Positions 26,992 through 38,551 of a stretch of DNA of 64,000 nucleotides are shown here, piece after piece. The position numbers and the translations under genes are program-made. The stretch is from Opitutaceae bacterium. Its GTDB lineage: Bacteria; Verrucomicrobiota; Verrucomicrobiia; Opitutales; Coraliomargaritaceae. Numbering within the stretch: the first letter of the stretch is position 1; each line of letters begins with the position of its first letter. The notes beneath the pieces were generated by a model, which did not search any database, was not told the origin of the DNA, and saw only the letters and a program-made list of their open reading frames with translations. The stretch lies in assembly GCA_051252375.1 (NCBI GenBank), contig JBPOFY010000005.1:32001-96000 (forward strand). The letters are read 5' to 3'.

Positions 26992-27557
26992 CCTGCGTTT
27001 ATGGAAGGGGTGGGGTGTGGCCAGCAAATCGAATCGGCGATCGTTTCGACGGGGGTATCGCCTTGCAAGGTGCGAACGATCGCCAATGCAAATTCGGTTG
27101 CCGTTCCTGCCCCGCGTGAGGTCAGAATGTGACGATCCAGCACAAAACTGCTGCCGCTTGCTAGAGGTAGTTCGTCAACGGTGCTGGTGTGGGCGGTATA
27201 GTTGAAGCCTTCCAAAATACCTGCATCTTTCAGTAGTAGGGGTGCCGCGCAAATACAGGCGGTTAACTTGCCGGCATCCGATTGCTTGCGGAGTAATTGG
27301 CAGACTGCCGGGTGGTTGCGAAGTGCCATAATGCCAGGACCTCCGGGTAGAATGACGACGTCGAATGATCGATCCACGACTTCGGCTAAACGATGCGTGG
27401 TTTGCAGTGTGATGCCGCTGCGCCCTTCGACTAATCGCTCGTCATTGACTGAAGCTTGCACCACATCGATATCTGCTCGCGACAATAAATCGATCGGCGT
27501 GATTGCTTCGATTTCTTCGAAGCCGGGATGTAAAATGATGAGCGCGGTTTTTCGCAT
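26988..27557 (-). CDS. DJ-1/ThiJ/PfpI family protein (YajL-like)
   Basis: GFEEIEA, LPGG, ACICAAP, TSRGAGTA. Confidence 0.9.
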   Translation of the reverse strand: MRKTALIILHPGFEEIEAITPIDLLSRADIDVVQASVNDERLVEGRSGITLQTTHRLAEVVDRSFDVVILPGGPGIMALRNHPAVCQLLRKQSDAGKLTACICAAPLLLKDAGILEGFNYTAHTSTVDELPLASGSSFVLDRHILTSRGAGTATEFALAIVRTLQGDTPVETIADSICWPHPTPSINAG

Positions 27558-27566
27558 TGGGGCCAG

Positions 27567-28382
27567 CTAAAGTGCTTTGCCTGCAAATGGCAAAACCGTA
27601 TCCCAGTAAGTCGAGCCAAGTTGCTCAATCAAGTTGTTATGCCCTGCGTCTTCGACCCAAACCGTTGTAACCTCACCACGGACGGCCTTGGCATTTTGCT
27701 TGGCGTGGGCTAAGGGCACCGTCCGATCTTCGACTCCGTGGAGGATGAGCACTGGGCAGCTGATCGATGACCAGCGACTTAGATTATTGAACCGATCCCA
27801 AGGGAGGATTCGAATATGCGTCATTACGCGGAAGGTCGAACTGAAGGCGCCGTCCAGAATCAAGCCACGCACTGGGTAGCGTTCGGCTAACCAGCAGGAT
27901 GGTCCACCGCCTAATGAGCGACCGTATAGTGTGATTTGCTCTGGGGTGTAACCTAGCTGCTGTGTGGCATATTGATATGCCGCATCGGCCGCGGCGTAGA
28001 CGCTGGCTTCACTTGCGCTACCAGTGCTGGTGCCATAACCGGGATAGTCGTAAGCGAGCACCGCAAGCCCGTTTGATTGGAAAACTTCTAAATGCGCCCG
28101 TATGTCGCCGAGGTCTTCGCCGTTACCATGGCTGTATAACAGCAGGTGTTGGCTGCCTTCGGCGGGTAAGTAGAGTGTGGAAATCTGATTTTTGTCACTG
28201 ATTGGTAACTTTTTAATTTCCAGACTATCTTGATAGGTGCTTCCCGAGTATGGGAAGATCATTTTGTCCGCCATTACATAGGCAAACAACATCAGCCCAA
28301 GATAGGCCAAAGCGAGTGTCGAGAAAGTGAGAATGAGGATATTCGTGAGCATACTGCGAAGCTTCTGGAAAAACGTTGCCAT
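27567..28382 (-). CDS. Alpha/beta hydrolase (ABHD17-like)
   Basis: HGNGED, YDYPGYG, GRSLG nucleophile elbow, HGVEDRTVP, AGHNN; the start may be 28352. Confidence 0.88.
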   Translation of the reverse strand: MATFFQKLRSMLTNILILTFSTLALAYLGLMLFAYVMADKMIFPYSGSTYQDSLEIKKLPISDKNQISTLYLPAEGSQHLLLYSHGNGEDLGDIRAHLEVFQSNGLAVLAYDYPGYGTSTGSASEASVYAAADAAYQYATQQLGYTPEQITLYGRSLGGGPSCWLAERYPVRGLILDGAFSSTFRVMTHIRILPWDRFNNLSRWSSISCPVLILHGVEDRTVPLAHAKQNAKAVRGEVTTVWVEDAGHNNLIEQLGSTYWDTVLPFAGKAL

Positions 28383-28464
28383 GGATTGCTTCGTTTTGAG
28401 TAAGATTGGAGATCATGACAACCGAAGAGTGCGACTTTTCCGTAGGCAGTTTAATTTGAATTCA

Positions 28465-28510
28465 GAAGTTGGAAGCTAGGATTTGGAAGTTGGGAGTTGG
28501 AAGTTAGGGC
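28465..28510. repeat. Heptamer tandem array (GGAAGTT-like)
   Basis: AGAAGTT GGAAGCT AGGATTT GGAAGTT GGGAGTT GGAAGTT; complementary-type units at ~28936-28964 and 63609-63645. Confidence 0.7.
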
Positions 28511-28580
28511 ATTGTCACCAAGAGCTTATGCCAATTCTGTAAATGTTTGATCTATTGGAGCCTATGAATCGTATGTTTTA

Positions 28581-28841
28581 GGTGGGGTGCTCTCGCCGAG
28601 AGCACCGTTCGCTGGCAGGTTTACATATCGGCATCTTATGGATGGGCATCCGGCAGCGTCCGACGAACGGTCGCCTCGGCGAGGCGACCCCACCTTTTCA
28701 AATACCTAAAGTTGTCTTAAGATGGTGCATTCGCACCGTCTAGGTGTGCACAACGCCCTGTTGGTAAACCTTACGGAAGTTTGTGCATTCGACAGTTCGA
28801 CAAGCTCATGCCTGAGCGGTGCGAAACGCTCGCGCGCTACC
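28581..28841. repeat. Two REP-like doublets
   Basis: 28581-28694 GGTGGGGTGCTCTCG..CCGTTC / GAACGG..CGACCCCACC; 28723-28841 related to the 7678 element and carrying a TTCGACAAGCTCA insert. Confidence 0.78.
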
Positions 28842-28971
28842 AGATCAAACAAAATTGAAAATGGTATTACTTCGGTAAGAACCGCTGCCAAATTGGCGAA
28901 GTGCTTCATTTACAAACCATGGTCATTCTGTGGCCGACTTCTAACTACTGTCTCCTAACTCCTTTTTAGGT

Positions 28972-30006
28972 TTAAGGGTCGACTAAAATTGGCATGCCGA
29001 CCCATGCGGCATTCAGTAGTGCTTGGGCGTTCCAGTTGGCGAGCCGGAAGCATCCACTGGATTCGGTGCGACCTACTTTTTCCGGTTCAGGTGTGCCGTG
29101 GATGCCGTAGCTGGGGAGGTTGAGGCCGATCCAGACGCTCCCAACCGGGTTGTTGGGACCAGGTTGGATGATGAACTTATTGGTGATGCCTTCTCGCTCA
29201 GCAGTTGCTGTGAGAATTGCGGGGTTGAAGGTGTAATTGGGGTCTTTGACTATTACTTTGACGGCGAGCTCGCCGCTGGGTCGTTTATCGATGCGTCGTG
29301 CGATGCTGACGGGGCAATGGAAGCGTATCTGACCGTTCTTATCGTAGGCTTGTAAGATTCGTTTCGAGAGTTGAATACGCACATAAGCGAGGGGCTTTGC
29401 GATCTGATAGATACGCAGGTGAGGCGCCAGGATTTGGTCGCCGGGGGCGAGTTGTGACCAATTGATATTGGGGTTGAGTTGAACGATGAAGTCGGGATCG
29501 CATTGTGTCTTTTCGGCGATCATTTCGAGGATGGAGTTGTAGCGCATCTGGTCCACTTGCCCTCGTTCAATCCAAGAGCTTGGTTTTGGCCCCACCTTGT
29601 TAAAGTCGTTTGTCGTTAACTCCACTCGGGCAAAGACGGGGTCTTCGATCAACAAACTCTCCGCTGTGGCTAGGTCCAGTATGCCAGATTGGGGCAGTTG
29701 CTTCGCCGTTTGGTATGCGATAAACGCCAGTTGAGTTTGGCTGCCCGTTTTGCCATCGATGGAACCCGGCGAAAAACCTTCGCGGGCGAGGGCGATTTGG
29801 GCTTCGATACTGTTGACGACCGAGCGACCAATCGGCTGTGCGGGCTCAATGGCTTCTTCTGATTTGTCGCGAAAGAGCCCGATTAGAAGAATGCCGAGTG
29901 CGCCGATGATCAAGAAGACGAAAAACAGTTTCCCAAGTGGGTGAATGCTATCGCTACGACCAGCCTTGGCTGTGGTTTTCCGTTTAGCTTGTTTGCGAGG
30001 AGGCAC
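28972..30006 (-). CDS. L,D-transpeptidase (YkuD) with peptidoglycan-binding domain
   Basis: N-terminal TM; GFSPGSIDG..T..A...YQ PG-binding motif; GPNNPVG, YGIHGT..SSGCFRL. Confidence 0.9.
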   Translation of the reverse strand: MPPRKQAKRKTTAKAGRSDSIHPLGKLFFVFLIIGALGILLIGLFRDKSEEAIEPAQPIGRSVVNSIEAQIALAREGFSPGSIDGKTGSQTQLAFIAYQTAKQLPQSGILDLATAESLLIEDPVFARVELTTNDFNKVGPKPSSWIERGQVDQMRYNSILEMIAEKTQCDPDFIVQLNPNINWSQLAPGDQILAPHLRIYQIAKPLAYVRIQLSKRILQAYDKNGQIRFHCPVSIARRIDKRPSGELAVKVIVKDPNYTFNPAILTATAEREGITNKFIIQPGPNNPVGSVWIGLNLPSYGIHGTPEPEKVGRTESSGCFRLANWNAQALLNAAWVGMPILVDP

Positions 30007-30031
30007 GGGTGTGTCGTTTGGCGAGACGCTT

Positions 30032-32203
30032 TTAGACGGTGTCAGAATTCTTAAACGAATGGCGCGTCAGGGGCGTATGTGGGGCAACGGCGGGTTCCTC
30101 TTTTCGTTCTTGTTCTTGTTGCTTACGACGCTGTTTCATTTCTTCGGCAAAGATGTCTTGAGCACACACGAGTGCTTTACCCTTACGAGAGCGGCTCACG
30201 CTGTGGTAGGCGCCATTGGCACGTAGGATCCGGGCGTTCTTGGTATCTGCCAAATAAGTTTCCAAGATGTGGATCATTCGCTCTTTGAGCTCGGGATCTT
30301 CCACGGGGAATACGGCTTCGATGCGACGATAGAAATTGCGTGGCATCCAGTCGGCACTACCCGCAAAGACGATAGGGTGCGCGTTGTTTTCAAAATAGAA
30401 TATACGGCTGTGCTCGAGATAACGACCGAGGATGCTGCGAACGCGGATGTTTTCACTCACGCCTTTAATGTTAGGCACAAGGTTGCAGATGCCGCGGACG
30501 ATGAGGTCGATTTTGACGCCTGCTTGCGAGGCGCGGTAGAGATTATCGATCGTTACTTGGTCCACCAAACTATTGGTCTGGGCGATGATGCGCGCGGGCT
30601 TGCCAGCTTTCGCATTGCGCGTTTCTGCCTTGATATAGTTTTGCAGTTTCGAGTGCAAGGTGAAGGGGGCGACGAGTAGTTTTTTAAACTTCGGAGTCAG
30701 TGAGAAACCGGTCAATGTGTTGAATAGACCGGCGACTTCCTCGGTGATTTCTTCCTTGGATGTGAAGAAACTGATGTCGGTGTAGAGGCGGGCAGTTTTG
30801 GGGTTGTAGTTGCCCGTCCCCAAGTGGACGTAGCGTCGCAGGGCATCACCTTCGCGGCGGACTACAAGACAAGTTTTACAGTGCGTTTTTAGGCCGACCA
30901 GTCCGTAAACCACGTGCACGCCAACGTCTTCGAGTCGTCGTGCCCACTGGATGTTGTTGGCCTCGTCAAAACGGGCTTTGATCTCAACCAGAACAGTCAC
31001 CTGCTTGCCGCGGCGTGAGGCTTCCATCAGTGCGGCCACAATCGGCGAGTCGCCGGAGGTCCGATACAGAGTCTGCTTGATCGCATATACCTGCGGGTCG
31101 CGGGCGGCTTGAAGAATGAAATCCACGAAGGGTTGGAAATTGTCGTAGGGTTGATGCAGCATCAGGTCCTTATCTCTGATACGATCAAATATCTGCTCCG
31201 GGTGGTCGAAGGCGCTGGATACGTAAGGTATCTCTGGTGCAAATTTCAGGTCCGGGCGATCAATCAAATCATAGGCGCTCATCAGGCGCAGTGGATTGAT
31301 GGGGCCATCGATAGTGTAAACATTTTCCTGCTGCAGGTCGAGTGCTTCCAGCAGCTCTTCCACGAGGACAGGGTCCGCTCCTTTATCGATCTCCAAGCGA
31401 ACCGCGGCGCCCTTGTGCACCTTCATCAGTTCCTCTTCGATTTTCGAAAGTAGGTTTTCGACTTCCTCCTCATCGATATACAAATCACTATTCCGAGTGA
31501 TTCGAAACGGTGCGGCCGAGCGCACCTTATATCCTGGGAATAACCACTTGATGTAGCGTTGTATGATGTCGCTTAGAAAGATGTAAACCTCGGGGTTGCC
31601 ACGGCGCGGCACGCCGATTTTTACGACGCGCGGGAGCACACGTGGCACCTGGATAATCGCCATCATACGCTCGATGATCCGTGTCTCCGGGTCGTCAATT
31701 GAAGCCAGTATATAAAGCGCCTTATTGCTCAACTGTGGAAAAGGGTGGGCTGGATCGATCGCCAGCGGAGTTAACACCGGAAACACTTGCTCTTCGAAAT
31801 AGGTGGTCACCCATTTCTTTTCGTTTCGGGTCAACTCGTCGTAACTACGAAATAAGACGCGAGATTTCTCCAATGTCGGCACAATCTGCTTTTTCCAGCA
31901 ATCATACTGGTCAGAAACGAGGCGTTTGACGACGCTTTGGATACGTCGCAGCTGCTCTTTCGGCCCGAGCCCATCGGGACCACGCTCGATCACCCCAGAT
32001 TTCACCTGCTGCATTAGCCCCGCAACCCGAATTTCGAAGAATTCGTCCATATTAGAGCTCACAAAGGCCAGAAACTTCATTCGCTCCAGAATCGGGTAAT
32101 CCTCCGACTCTGCTTGCTCCAAGACACGCCGATTGAATGCCAACCAGCTAAGCTCTCGGTTGAAATAGGGGAAACGGGTGGGATTGTTACGTTTGATTGG
32201 CAC
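30032..32203 (-). CDS. ppk1: Polyphosphate kinase 1
   Basis: [55 protein letters not shown] start. Confidence 0.97.
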   Translation of the reverse strand: MPIKRNNPTRFPYFNRELSWLAFNRRVLEQAESEDYPILERMKFLAFVSSNMDEFFEIRVAGLMQQVKSGVIERGPDGLGPKEQLRRIQSVVKRLVSDQYDCWKKQIVPTLEKSRVLFRSYDELTRNEKKWVTTYFEEQVFPVLTPLAIDPAHPFPQLSNKALYILASIDDPETRIIERMMAIIQVPRVLPRVVKIGVPRRGNPEVYIFLSDIIQRYIKWLFPGYKVRSAAPFRITRNSDLYIDEEEVENLLSKIEEELMKVHKGAAVRLEIDKGADPVLVEELLEALDLQQENVYTIDGPINPLRLMSAYDLIDRPDLKFAPEIPYVSSAFDHPEQIFDRIRDKDLMLHQPYDNFQPFVDFILQAARDPQVYAIKQTLYRTSGDSPIVAALMEASRRGKQVTVLVEIKARFDEANNIQWARRLEDVGVHVVYGLVGLKTHCKTCLVVRREGDALRRYVHLGTGNYNPKTARLYTDISFFTSKEEITEEVAGLFNTLTGFSLTPKFKKLLVAPFTLHSKLQNYIKAETRNAKAGKPARIIAQTNSLVDQVTIDNLYRASQAGVKIDLIVRGICNLVPNIKGVSENIRVRSILGRYLEHSRIFYFENNAHPIVFAGSADWMPRNFYRRIEAVFPVEDPELKERMIHILETYLADTKNARILRANGAYHSVSRSRKGKALVCAQDIFAEEMKQRRKQQEQERKEEPAVAPHTPLTRHSFKNSDTV

Positions 32204-32271
32204 GGCAGATGTTGTAATTAAGCGCTCACTCTCGCTTATAATGCATGGTTAAAGCAAGCATGACCCCCACT

Positions 32272-32302
32272 TTGTCATACAGATTTAACACAAATGCCAC
32301 AT
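32272..32302 (+). promoter_or_regulatory. Pho-box-like direct repeats
   Basis: GTCAT (32274), TTAAC (32285), GCCAC (32296) at an 11-bp period between ppk1 and a divergent lipoprotein gene. Confidence 0.4.
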
Positions 32303-32386
32303 TTCGTATTTTTAGCAAACTAACGCAAGAGGGTTGCAATACCTAGAAAAATCCCAATGATAGTCCTCACTCATCCAATAAATATC

Positions 32387-32596
32387 ATGAAAACAACATA
32401 CATCATCTCTCTAATTGCAGCCGCACTTTTCTTTGCTGGTTGTGCGTCTAATAAAACTGCAACCTCCGAGCCAGCTCCTCAAGCTGCACCAACAGGTGAA
32501 GCGGCAACTGCTAAGACAGCCTACGAAGGTTCCACTGGTTCCGGTCTCCTCATGGAGCGTTACAAATCAGGTAGCATCGAAGGCTATCGCGACTAA
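32387..32596 (+). CDS. Small lipoprotein
   Basis: MKTTYIISLIAAALFFAGC lipobox; followed by a terminator. Confidence 0.8.
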   Translation: MKTTYIISLIAAALFFAGCASNKTATSEPAPQAAPTGEAATAKTAYEGSTGSGLLMERYKSGSIEGYRD

Positions 32597-32616
32597 TTGA
32601 TCGCTTAGATTTTTCT

Positions 32617-32651
32617 AAAAGCCGTCCTTCTTATGAAGGGCGGCTTTTTTT
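32617..32651 (+). terminator. Intrinsic terminator
   Basis: AAAAGCCGTCCTTC-TTAT-GAAGGGCGGC followed by T7. Confidence 0.88.
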
Positions 32652-32718
32652 GTTTCATCGTCGATTAGCGGGAAACGTCTTCATGCAATCGAGGCTTAGG
32701 GAAGGATGAGTTAGGCTC

Positions 32719-32814
32719 TGGAGGGAAACGCTCCGTCGTTTCCGCACGTATGAATTGCGGTCAGACCATTTCTAGCGCCCCTGGCGAACGGCAATGACGG
32801 AGCATTGCCCTCCA
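32719..32814. repeat. GGAG-type REP doublet
   Basis: TGGAGGGAAACGCTCCGTCGTTTCCG ... CGGCAATGACGGAGCATTGCCCTCCA; the right arm is identical in reverse complement to 7801-7826. Confidence 0.85.
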
Positions 32815-32860
32815 AGTATTCCCGGAATCTAATCACCAGTAAATGGCTATGACCACCGAC

Positions 32861-32891
32861 AAAAAAGCACCCCCGTTGCCGGAGGTGCTTT
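32861..32891 (-). terminator. Intrinsic terminator after htpG
   Basis: Minus strand AAAGCACCTCCGGCAACGGGGGTGC followed by T6. Confidence 0.82.
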
Positions 32892-32920
32892 GATGTATAA
32901 AAGGACTCTGAGGTGCCTGT

Positions 32921-34792
32921 TTACTTCGCGCTCAACTTTTCGAGGATCTCGTAGTTGCGCTGAAGCATCGCGGAAGGGTCTTCGAGCAGACCAGCCGCGA
33001 CACGTGCGTTGTCGAGAATCTGTTGGCTGATCAATGTCGCCAACTCGCCATCGCTTGCGCTTAAGCTAGACAAGTTCTTGACCAGTGCGTGACGTGGGTT
33101 GATCTGAAGCTTCACAGGCGTGTCTGTGTCAGGCATGCCGCTTTGTTGCTGCATCGCCTTCATCATCTTACGCATCTGTGCGGTCATCATCTTGTCCGCG
33201 TTCACGATCATCGCTGGGCTGCCGACGAGACGCTCACTCGTGGTGACTTCGCTCACTTGATCGCCGAGCTTTTCCTTTACGAATGCACAAAGTGCTTCGC
33301 CGCTGTCTTTGTCGAGCGCTTCAGGTTTGTCGGTTTCGGTGTCTGGAGCGATTGCATCGAGATCGATGTCGTCGTTGTCCGCAGAAATGAAATTCTTTTC
33401 TTCGAACTGACGTGCGTGATTCATCACAAACTCATCGATCGGCTCAAACAAATAGAGCACCTCGATGTTGCGTGCCTTGAATGCCTCCATGTAGGGACCG
33501 GTTTCGATCGCCTTGCGGTTTGAGCCGGAGAGATAGTAGATCTCCTTTTGACCTTCAGGTGCACGAGAGAGGTAGTCCGCGAGGCTCGTGGTCTTGCCAT
33601 CTTCCGTGTAGGAAGACTCGAAACGTAGAAGCTTGAGCAAGTGGTCGCGGTGAGTGAAGTCAGTGGTCACACCTTCCTTCAGGAAGAGACCGAACTTTGA
33701 CCAGAAATCATCATACACTTCAGGCTCTTTCTTCGCCTTTTCTTCCAGCATCTTGAGGAAGCGCTTGGTGATCACTTTGTTTAACTTCTGGATCAGCGTG
33801 CTGTCCTGCATTGATTCACGCGAGATGTTGAGCGGCAAGTCTGCGCTATCCACCACACCACGCACAAAGCGGCACCAGTCGGGGAGCAGGTTCTTCGGCT
33901 CGCTATCGATCAGCACCTTGCGGCAATAGAGTGAAACACCTGGCTCCATACGACCAAAGCCGAAGCCTTCCATGTTTTCAGTCGGTGCGAAGAGTAGGGC
34001 GTTGATCTCCAACGGCGCATCCGCCGAGAAGTGTAGCCAGAAACGAGGATCGTCCATAGCGTTGGCCTGGAACTTGTAGAACTCTTTATATTCCTCTTCC
34101 GTTACGTCGTTCTTGTTCTTCAACCAGATCGCTTGCACGGTGTTGAGCACTTCGCCTTCCACCTTCACGGGGAACTGCACGAAGGTGGAGTATTTCTTGA
34201 TGATTTCCTCGATACGGTCCTTCTTCGCGAAATCCTTATATTCGTCCTTCAGCGCGATCTCGATACGTGTGCCGCGGCGCTCGCCCTCGACGGTTTCGAT
34301 TTCGTAAGCGCCGTCGCCATCGCTCGACCAGCAGAGGCAATCGCCCTCAGTTTTCCAGCTGCGAGTGTAAACTTTTACCGAGTCAGCCACCATGAAGACC
34401 GAGTAGAAACCCACACCGAATTGTCCGATCAGGTTTTCGTTGCGCTCGCCTTGTTCCTTCAACGCGTTGAGGAAGGCTTTCGAGCCAGAATGGGCGATGG
34501 TGCCAAGGTTCTCGATCAACTCATCGTGCGTCATGCCGATACCGAAGTCCTTGATCGTGATCGTGCCCGCTTCTTCGTCAGTCGTGACTTGGATTTCGAG
34601 GTCCAAGCCATCGTCGAAGACATCCGACTCTGTTAACTGGTTGTGACGCAGCTTTTCAGTCGCGTCCGATGCGTTGGAGATCAACTCACGAACAAAGATT
34701 TCTTTATCCGTGTAGAGTGAGTGGACAACAATATCGAGGACTTGTTTGACCTCGGCTTGGAACTCATGGCGTTCAGGTGCTTTTGTAGTCAT
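32921..34792 (-). CDS. htpG: Molecular chaperone HtpG (Hsp90)
   Basis: [48 protein letters not shown]. Confidence 0.98.
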   Translation of the reverse strand: MTTKAPERHEFQAEVKQVLDIVVHSLYTDKEIFVRELISNASDATEKLRHNQLTESDVFDDGLDLEIQVTTDEEAGTITIKDFGIGMTHDELIENLGTIAHSGSKAFLNALKEQGERNENLIGQFGVGFYSVFMVADSVKVYTRSWKTEGDCLCWSSDGDGAYEIETVEGERRGTRIEIALKDEYKDFAKKDRIEEIIKKYSTFVQFPVKVEGEVLNTVQAIWLKNKNDVTEEEYKEFYKFQANAMDDPRFWLHFSADAPLEINALLFAPTENMEGFGFGRMEPGVSLYCRKVLIDSEPKNLLPDWCRFVRGVVDSADLPLNISRESMQDSTLIQKLNKVITKRFLKMLEEKAKKEPEVYDDFWSKFGLFLKEGVTTDFTHRDHLLKLLRFESSYTEDGKTTSLADYLSRAPEGQKEIYYLSGSNRKAIETGPYMEAFKARNIEVLYLFEPIDEFVMNHARQFEEKNFISADNDDIDLDAIAPDTETDKPEALDKDSGEALCAFVKEKLGDQVSEVTTSERLVGSPAMIVNADKMMTAQMRKMMKAMQQQSGMPDTDTPVKLQINPRHALVKNLSSLSASDGELATLISQQILDNARVAAGLLEDPSAMLQRNYEILEKLSAK

Positions 34793-34910
34793 AATCGTGT
34801 ATTCGTTGTATTTTATAGTTGGTTTAAGAAAAGAGAAGCGGGCGAAGGTAGAGAGAGATTCGAAAAAATCAAGAGTTGTGATTTTTTTGGATTAGGAGGA
34901 GTCTATAGGT

Positions 34911-35303
34911 ATGAAACACACATGTTCCTGCCTAGTTCTCTCGTTGGTCATCGCCGCTTTCGGTCTACAATCCACGGGTTGCGTGGCAATCGTCGCTGGA
35001 GGTGCTGCTGCCGCTGGCACAGCCTATGCCTTAACCGATCTTGAATTTCATGTCGATGCCACTGCCAAGCAAGTCGGTGCCGCGATCATCGCAGGTGGTC
35101 GTGATATGCGCTTAAACTATATTTCTGGAGCTGGCGATGAACTGACCGGTAAATACTCCTTCCGAACCGCAGATGACCGGAAAGTGACCGTTACCTACAA
35201 AAGAAAGAGTGATATCTTCATCACGGTAAGCATCCGCGTGGGTAACCTAGGCGACGAAGCGCTCACCCAGCAAATCAGCCAAGCTATTCAAAAGCGACTT
35301 TAG
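34911..35303 (+). CDS. DUF3568-like lipoprotein
   Basis: STGC lipobox followed by VAGGAAAAG..Y; C-terminal SIRVGNLGDE..QQI...IQKRL. Confidence 0.72.
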   Translation: MKHTCSCLVLSLVIAAFGLQSTGCVAIVAGGAAAAGTAYALTDLEFHVDATAKQVGAAIIAGGRDMRLNYISGAGDELTGKYSFRTADDRKVTVTYKRKSDIFITVSIRVGNLGDEALTQQISQAIQKRL

Positions 35304-35608
35304 GTCTCTGTGGCGCTGGGGAGGTCATGCCCCGTGGGAAAGTGTTTAGTGCAGGGGGGTGACTGCGTCTTGTCGGCTCAGTGGCTTCAGGGCCTGCGTC
35401 TGCAATTTTATCAGATTATAAAATCTTCAGTAGTTAGATATTGTAGCTTAAATCTTTATTCAGGCCTTCCAGAGGCTCCTTGAAAGTATGCCTAATACTC
35501 GAGATTATGTGTTTTCTGTATATAATCTAAAAAAATCGATGTTTATACAAATTGAGTCATTACGCACTTTTTCGAATATCTGTTAAATAACCCTATATAA
35601 ACGTTCAT

Positions 35609-38551
35609 ATGAATAAGATCACTCAAACTACCTCTCTGCTAGCTGCAGGACTGCTCGTGGGCACTCTGACGGCGCAGACGACATATACCTGGGATCCTGA
35701 TGGCAACCAAACCAGTGACGGCGGTGCCGGCACTTGGGACACTGCCACCTCTAATTGGGACGACAATGGCTCGGCTCCCAATACAATTTGGGTCGACGGT
35801 TACAATGCCGCTTTTGGTGATTCCGGTGCTGCCTATCAAGTCGATCTCACCAGTGCGGGTGTCACTGTGGGCGATCTGACCTATGCTGGTGGCAACACAT
35901 TGGAGTTTCGAGGGGCAACTGCTGCGGGTTCACTCGCTGACGCAATCACCGTCAATTCGGGTGGTGCCACATGGGATACCGGCGGCGGTCAGATCTTATT
36001 TTACAATGTCAATAATAACAATAACACGCGGCTGGCGATGACCAGCGGTGACACCCTTACGATCAACGGAGGGGGCACATTTCATACGGGAGTCAACCCA
36101 CAGAACAATGTGAATGGCACTTGGGGAGTTAGTGGAGCTATCCTTGATGTCACAGGAACCACAACAGTCCGTGGGGATAACCTCACTGTCGGGCAGTTTG
36201 CTACAGTCAAAATGGCTGACGGTTCGAGATTCATCCACGAGCGTGACACTGATCGAACATTTGCCAACGCTTACGCAAACGATTGGGTTTTGGGAGCTGG
36301 AACGGTGACTTTCGACAACGGAAAGCAGAGAAATTACCACCTCAGCGGTGATATCTCGGGAGCTGGTGGGTTGAAGGCTGAATTTATGGCTAACAGAGCA
36401 CTTATCCTGACTGGAACCAATACCTTCACCGGGGGTGTCGAAGTCAGTACATCATCGATAATTCAAGTTTATAACGCAGGTAGCTTGGGCGATGCAGCCA
36501 ACGGCATCACACTAGTCAACGGAGGAATTCTTAGATTAAACGGAGTGGACCTTGGAAGCACCCGTGATATTCTTCTGAGTGGCACCGGCGGTTCTATTGT
36601 GAACGATTCCGCTGCCAACGAATTCGGGGGCAAGATTACAGGTGACGGCAATTTTCAGATTGGCAATGCTCTCTTTAATACGCTTTCCAATCGATTCAAA
36701 CTGACTAGCGATACGTCGGATTACACTGGCAGCACCACGATCCACAATGGCTCGCTCGAGCTTGGAATTAATAACGCAATTCCAAGCGGAACTGTCCTCA
36801 CGATCGGAGGAAATGCCAGCACGGCGCAGATGTTCATGGAAGGTTTCGATCTCGAAATCGCTGGTCTTGTTAGCACGGGCGGTAATACCAAACAATTCAG
36901 CAGCACGGCAGCTAGTATTCTGACCATCAATGTCGCGGACGGAGAAACTCACAGCTATAATGGTAATGTCGTTGGCACTGCTGGGAACGTCAGTATTTTG
37001 AAAACTGGACTGGGCACTCAAAACTTCAATCGAGCGAGTGGCAATACGTCGTTCATTGGGGGCATTTCAGCCAATGCAGGCACTTTGCTTTGGGACGTTA
37101 ATGGCAACTCGGGCGCAGTCTCTGTAGCTTCAGGCGCCACTTTACTTATCGGCAACAGCGGCACCTCTGGTGGTGTCGGCACAGGTGTCGGCGCAGCCAA
37201 TGCTGGTGATGCCAATATTGCTAATGAGGGCTCGCTTAGCATTCTACGCTCAGCCGCTTTCGCCTATGATGGTGTGATTAGTGGCGCAGGTGATGCGACT
37301 TTCACCGCAGGTAATGGCGCAGTGACACTCAGCCAAGTTCAGACCTACACTGGCAATACGACGATCGATAAAGCCGTCTTGACCGCACAAATGGTGAATG
37401 CGCTTTCAGCGGATTCAGCGGTATTTCTCGGTGCCGCCGCCGGAGGTGGTACGTCCGTCTTCGAAATGAACGGATTTGATCAAGAGATCGGTGGCTTGGC
37501 CATTGTCCCAGGCACCCATACCCGGGCAGTTGATAACAATGGACTCGGAACTGATGTGACACTCACAATCAATGTGGCTACTGGCGAGAGCTATGCCTTT
37601 AACGCCAATGTCCGAGGCACGGATACCATTAGTATCGTCAAGTCTGGCGATGGAACACAGACCATCAACCGATTCGGTGGATATACCACTCCGCTTGGTG
37701 ACCTAACAGTGACTGCCGGTGAACTGATTTGGAGCACGACTAACCCTGCAGCCCTTACGGGTGCGGTGGATGTTACTGGAGGCAATCTCGAGGTGACTGA
37801 AAGCCTAAGCGTCACCAACTTCACACTGGCTACAGGCGCGACTTCATCCTTTGTCTTCGAGGTCACCGACTGGGCGGGTGTCGCCCAGACAGACTTCAAC
37901 CAGGTGGCTGCCTCCGGCACATTTTCGGTTGCCGATGCAGCTAGCTACACCGTCGTCGTAGACGATGCGAACCTTACTGGCTTCGTGGATTCCACTCAAA
38001 GCTTCATCATCGCCACTGCCCCCACGATGAGTGCGACAACGGCCGAGTTCGGGCTCGACGCCACCGCCTTCACGCTCGGATCTGGAGGAACATGGTCCCT
38101 TGATGTTGTGGGCACCGATGTGGTGCTTACATTCACTTCAACTGCAGTCACAGGTTACGCCGCCTGGTCCGGTGGAGCGGACTTCGATGTTGATACCAAT
38201 GGCGACGGCGTGGACAATGGTTTGGCCTTCTTGCTCGGTGCTGCCGACGTGAATGCCAACGCCATCGACCTTCTGCCTACCTCCACAGAGAGTGGCGGGG
38301 ACCTAGTGATGACCTTCAGCGTGCTGAATGCCGCAAACCGCGGCACCGCAGAGCTTGCGATTGAGCACAGCAACGACCTCACTGGTTTGTGGTCTACCGC
38401 AACAACGGTTCCTGAGACAAGCAGCACAGTTGACGACATTGTCTTCGCGGTCACTCCTGACGGCGACATGAATGACGTGATCGCCACGATCCCGTCGACA
38501 AAGGCTGCCGGTGGTAAGCTCTTCGGCCGTGTGGTCGGAACCAATCCGTAA
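35609..38551 (+). CDS. Secreted beta-helical protein with autotransporter-associated (PATR) repeats and a C-terminal DxNGDG-containing domain
   Basis: Signal peptide; repeats LTGTNTFTGG, SDYTGSTTIHNGSL, QTYTGNTTI; no beta-barrel; ends GGKLFGRVVGTNP. Confidence 0.85.
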   Translation: MNKITQTTSLLAAGLLVGTLTAQTTYTWDPDGNQTSDGGAGTWDTATSNWDDNGSAPNTIWVDGYNAAFGDSGAAYQVDLTSAGVTVGDLTYAGGNTLEFRGATAAGSLADAITVNSGGATWDTGGGQILFYNVNNNNNTRLAMTSGDTLTINGGGTFHTGVNPQNNVNGTWGVSGAILDVTGTTTVRGDNLTVGQFATVKMADGSRFIHERDTDRTFANAYANDWVLGAGTVTFDNGKQRNYHLSGDISGAGGLKAEFMANRALILTGTNTFTGGVEVSTSSIIQVYNAGSLGDAANGITLVNGGILRLNGVDLGSTRDILLSGTGGSIVNDSAANEFGGKITGDGNFQIGNALFNTLSNRFKLTSDTSDYTGSTTIHNGSLELGINNAIPSGTVLTIGGNASTAQMFMEGFDLEIAGLVSTGGNTKQFSSTAASILTINVADGETHSYNGNVVGTAGNVSILKTGLGTQNFNRASGNTSFIGGISANAGTLLWDVNGNSGAVSVASGATLLIGNSGTSGGVGTGVGAANAGDANIANEGSLSILRSAAFAYDGVISGAGDATFTAGNGAVTLSQVQTYTGNTTIDKAVLTAQMVNALSADSAVFLGAAAGGGTSVFEMNGFDQEIGGLAIVPGTHTRAVDNNGLGTDVTLTINVATGESYAFNANVRGTDTISIVKSGDGTQTINRFGGYTTPLGDLTVTAGELIWSTTNPAALTGAVDVTGGNLEVTESLSVTNFTLATGATSSFVFEVTDWAGVAQTDFNQVAASGTFSVADAASYTVVVDDANLTGFVDSTQSFIIATAPTMSATTAEFGLDATAFTLGSGGTWSLDVVGTDVVLTFTSTAVTGYAAWSGGADFDVDTNGDGVDNGLAFLLGAADVNANAIDLLPTSTESGGDLVMTFSVLNAANRGTAELAIEHSNDLTGLWSTATTVPETSSTVDDIVFAVTPDGDMNDVIATIPSTKAAGGKLFGRVVGTNP

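Noticed and set aside
34793..34910. CIRCE/HrcA operator upstream of htpG (also checked upstream of cbpA)
   Set aside because: No TTAGCACTC-N9-GAGTGCTAA; only an isolated half-site near 22186.
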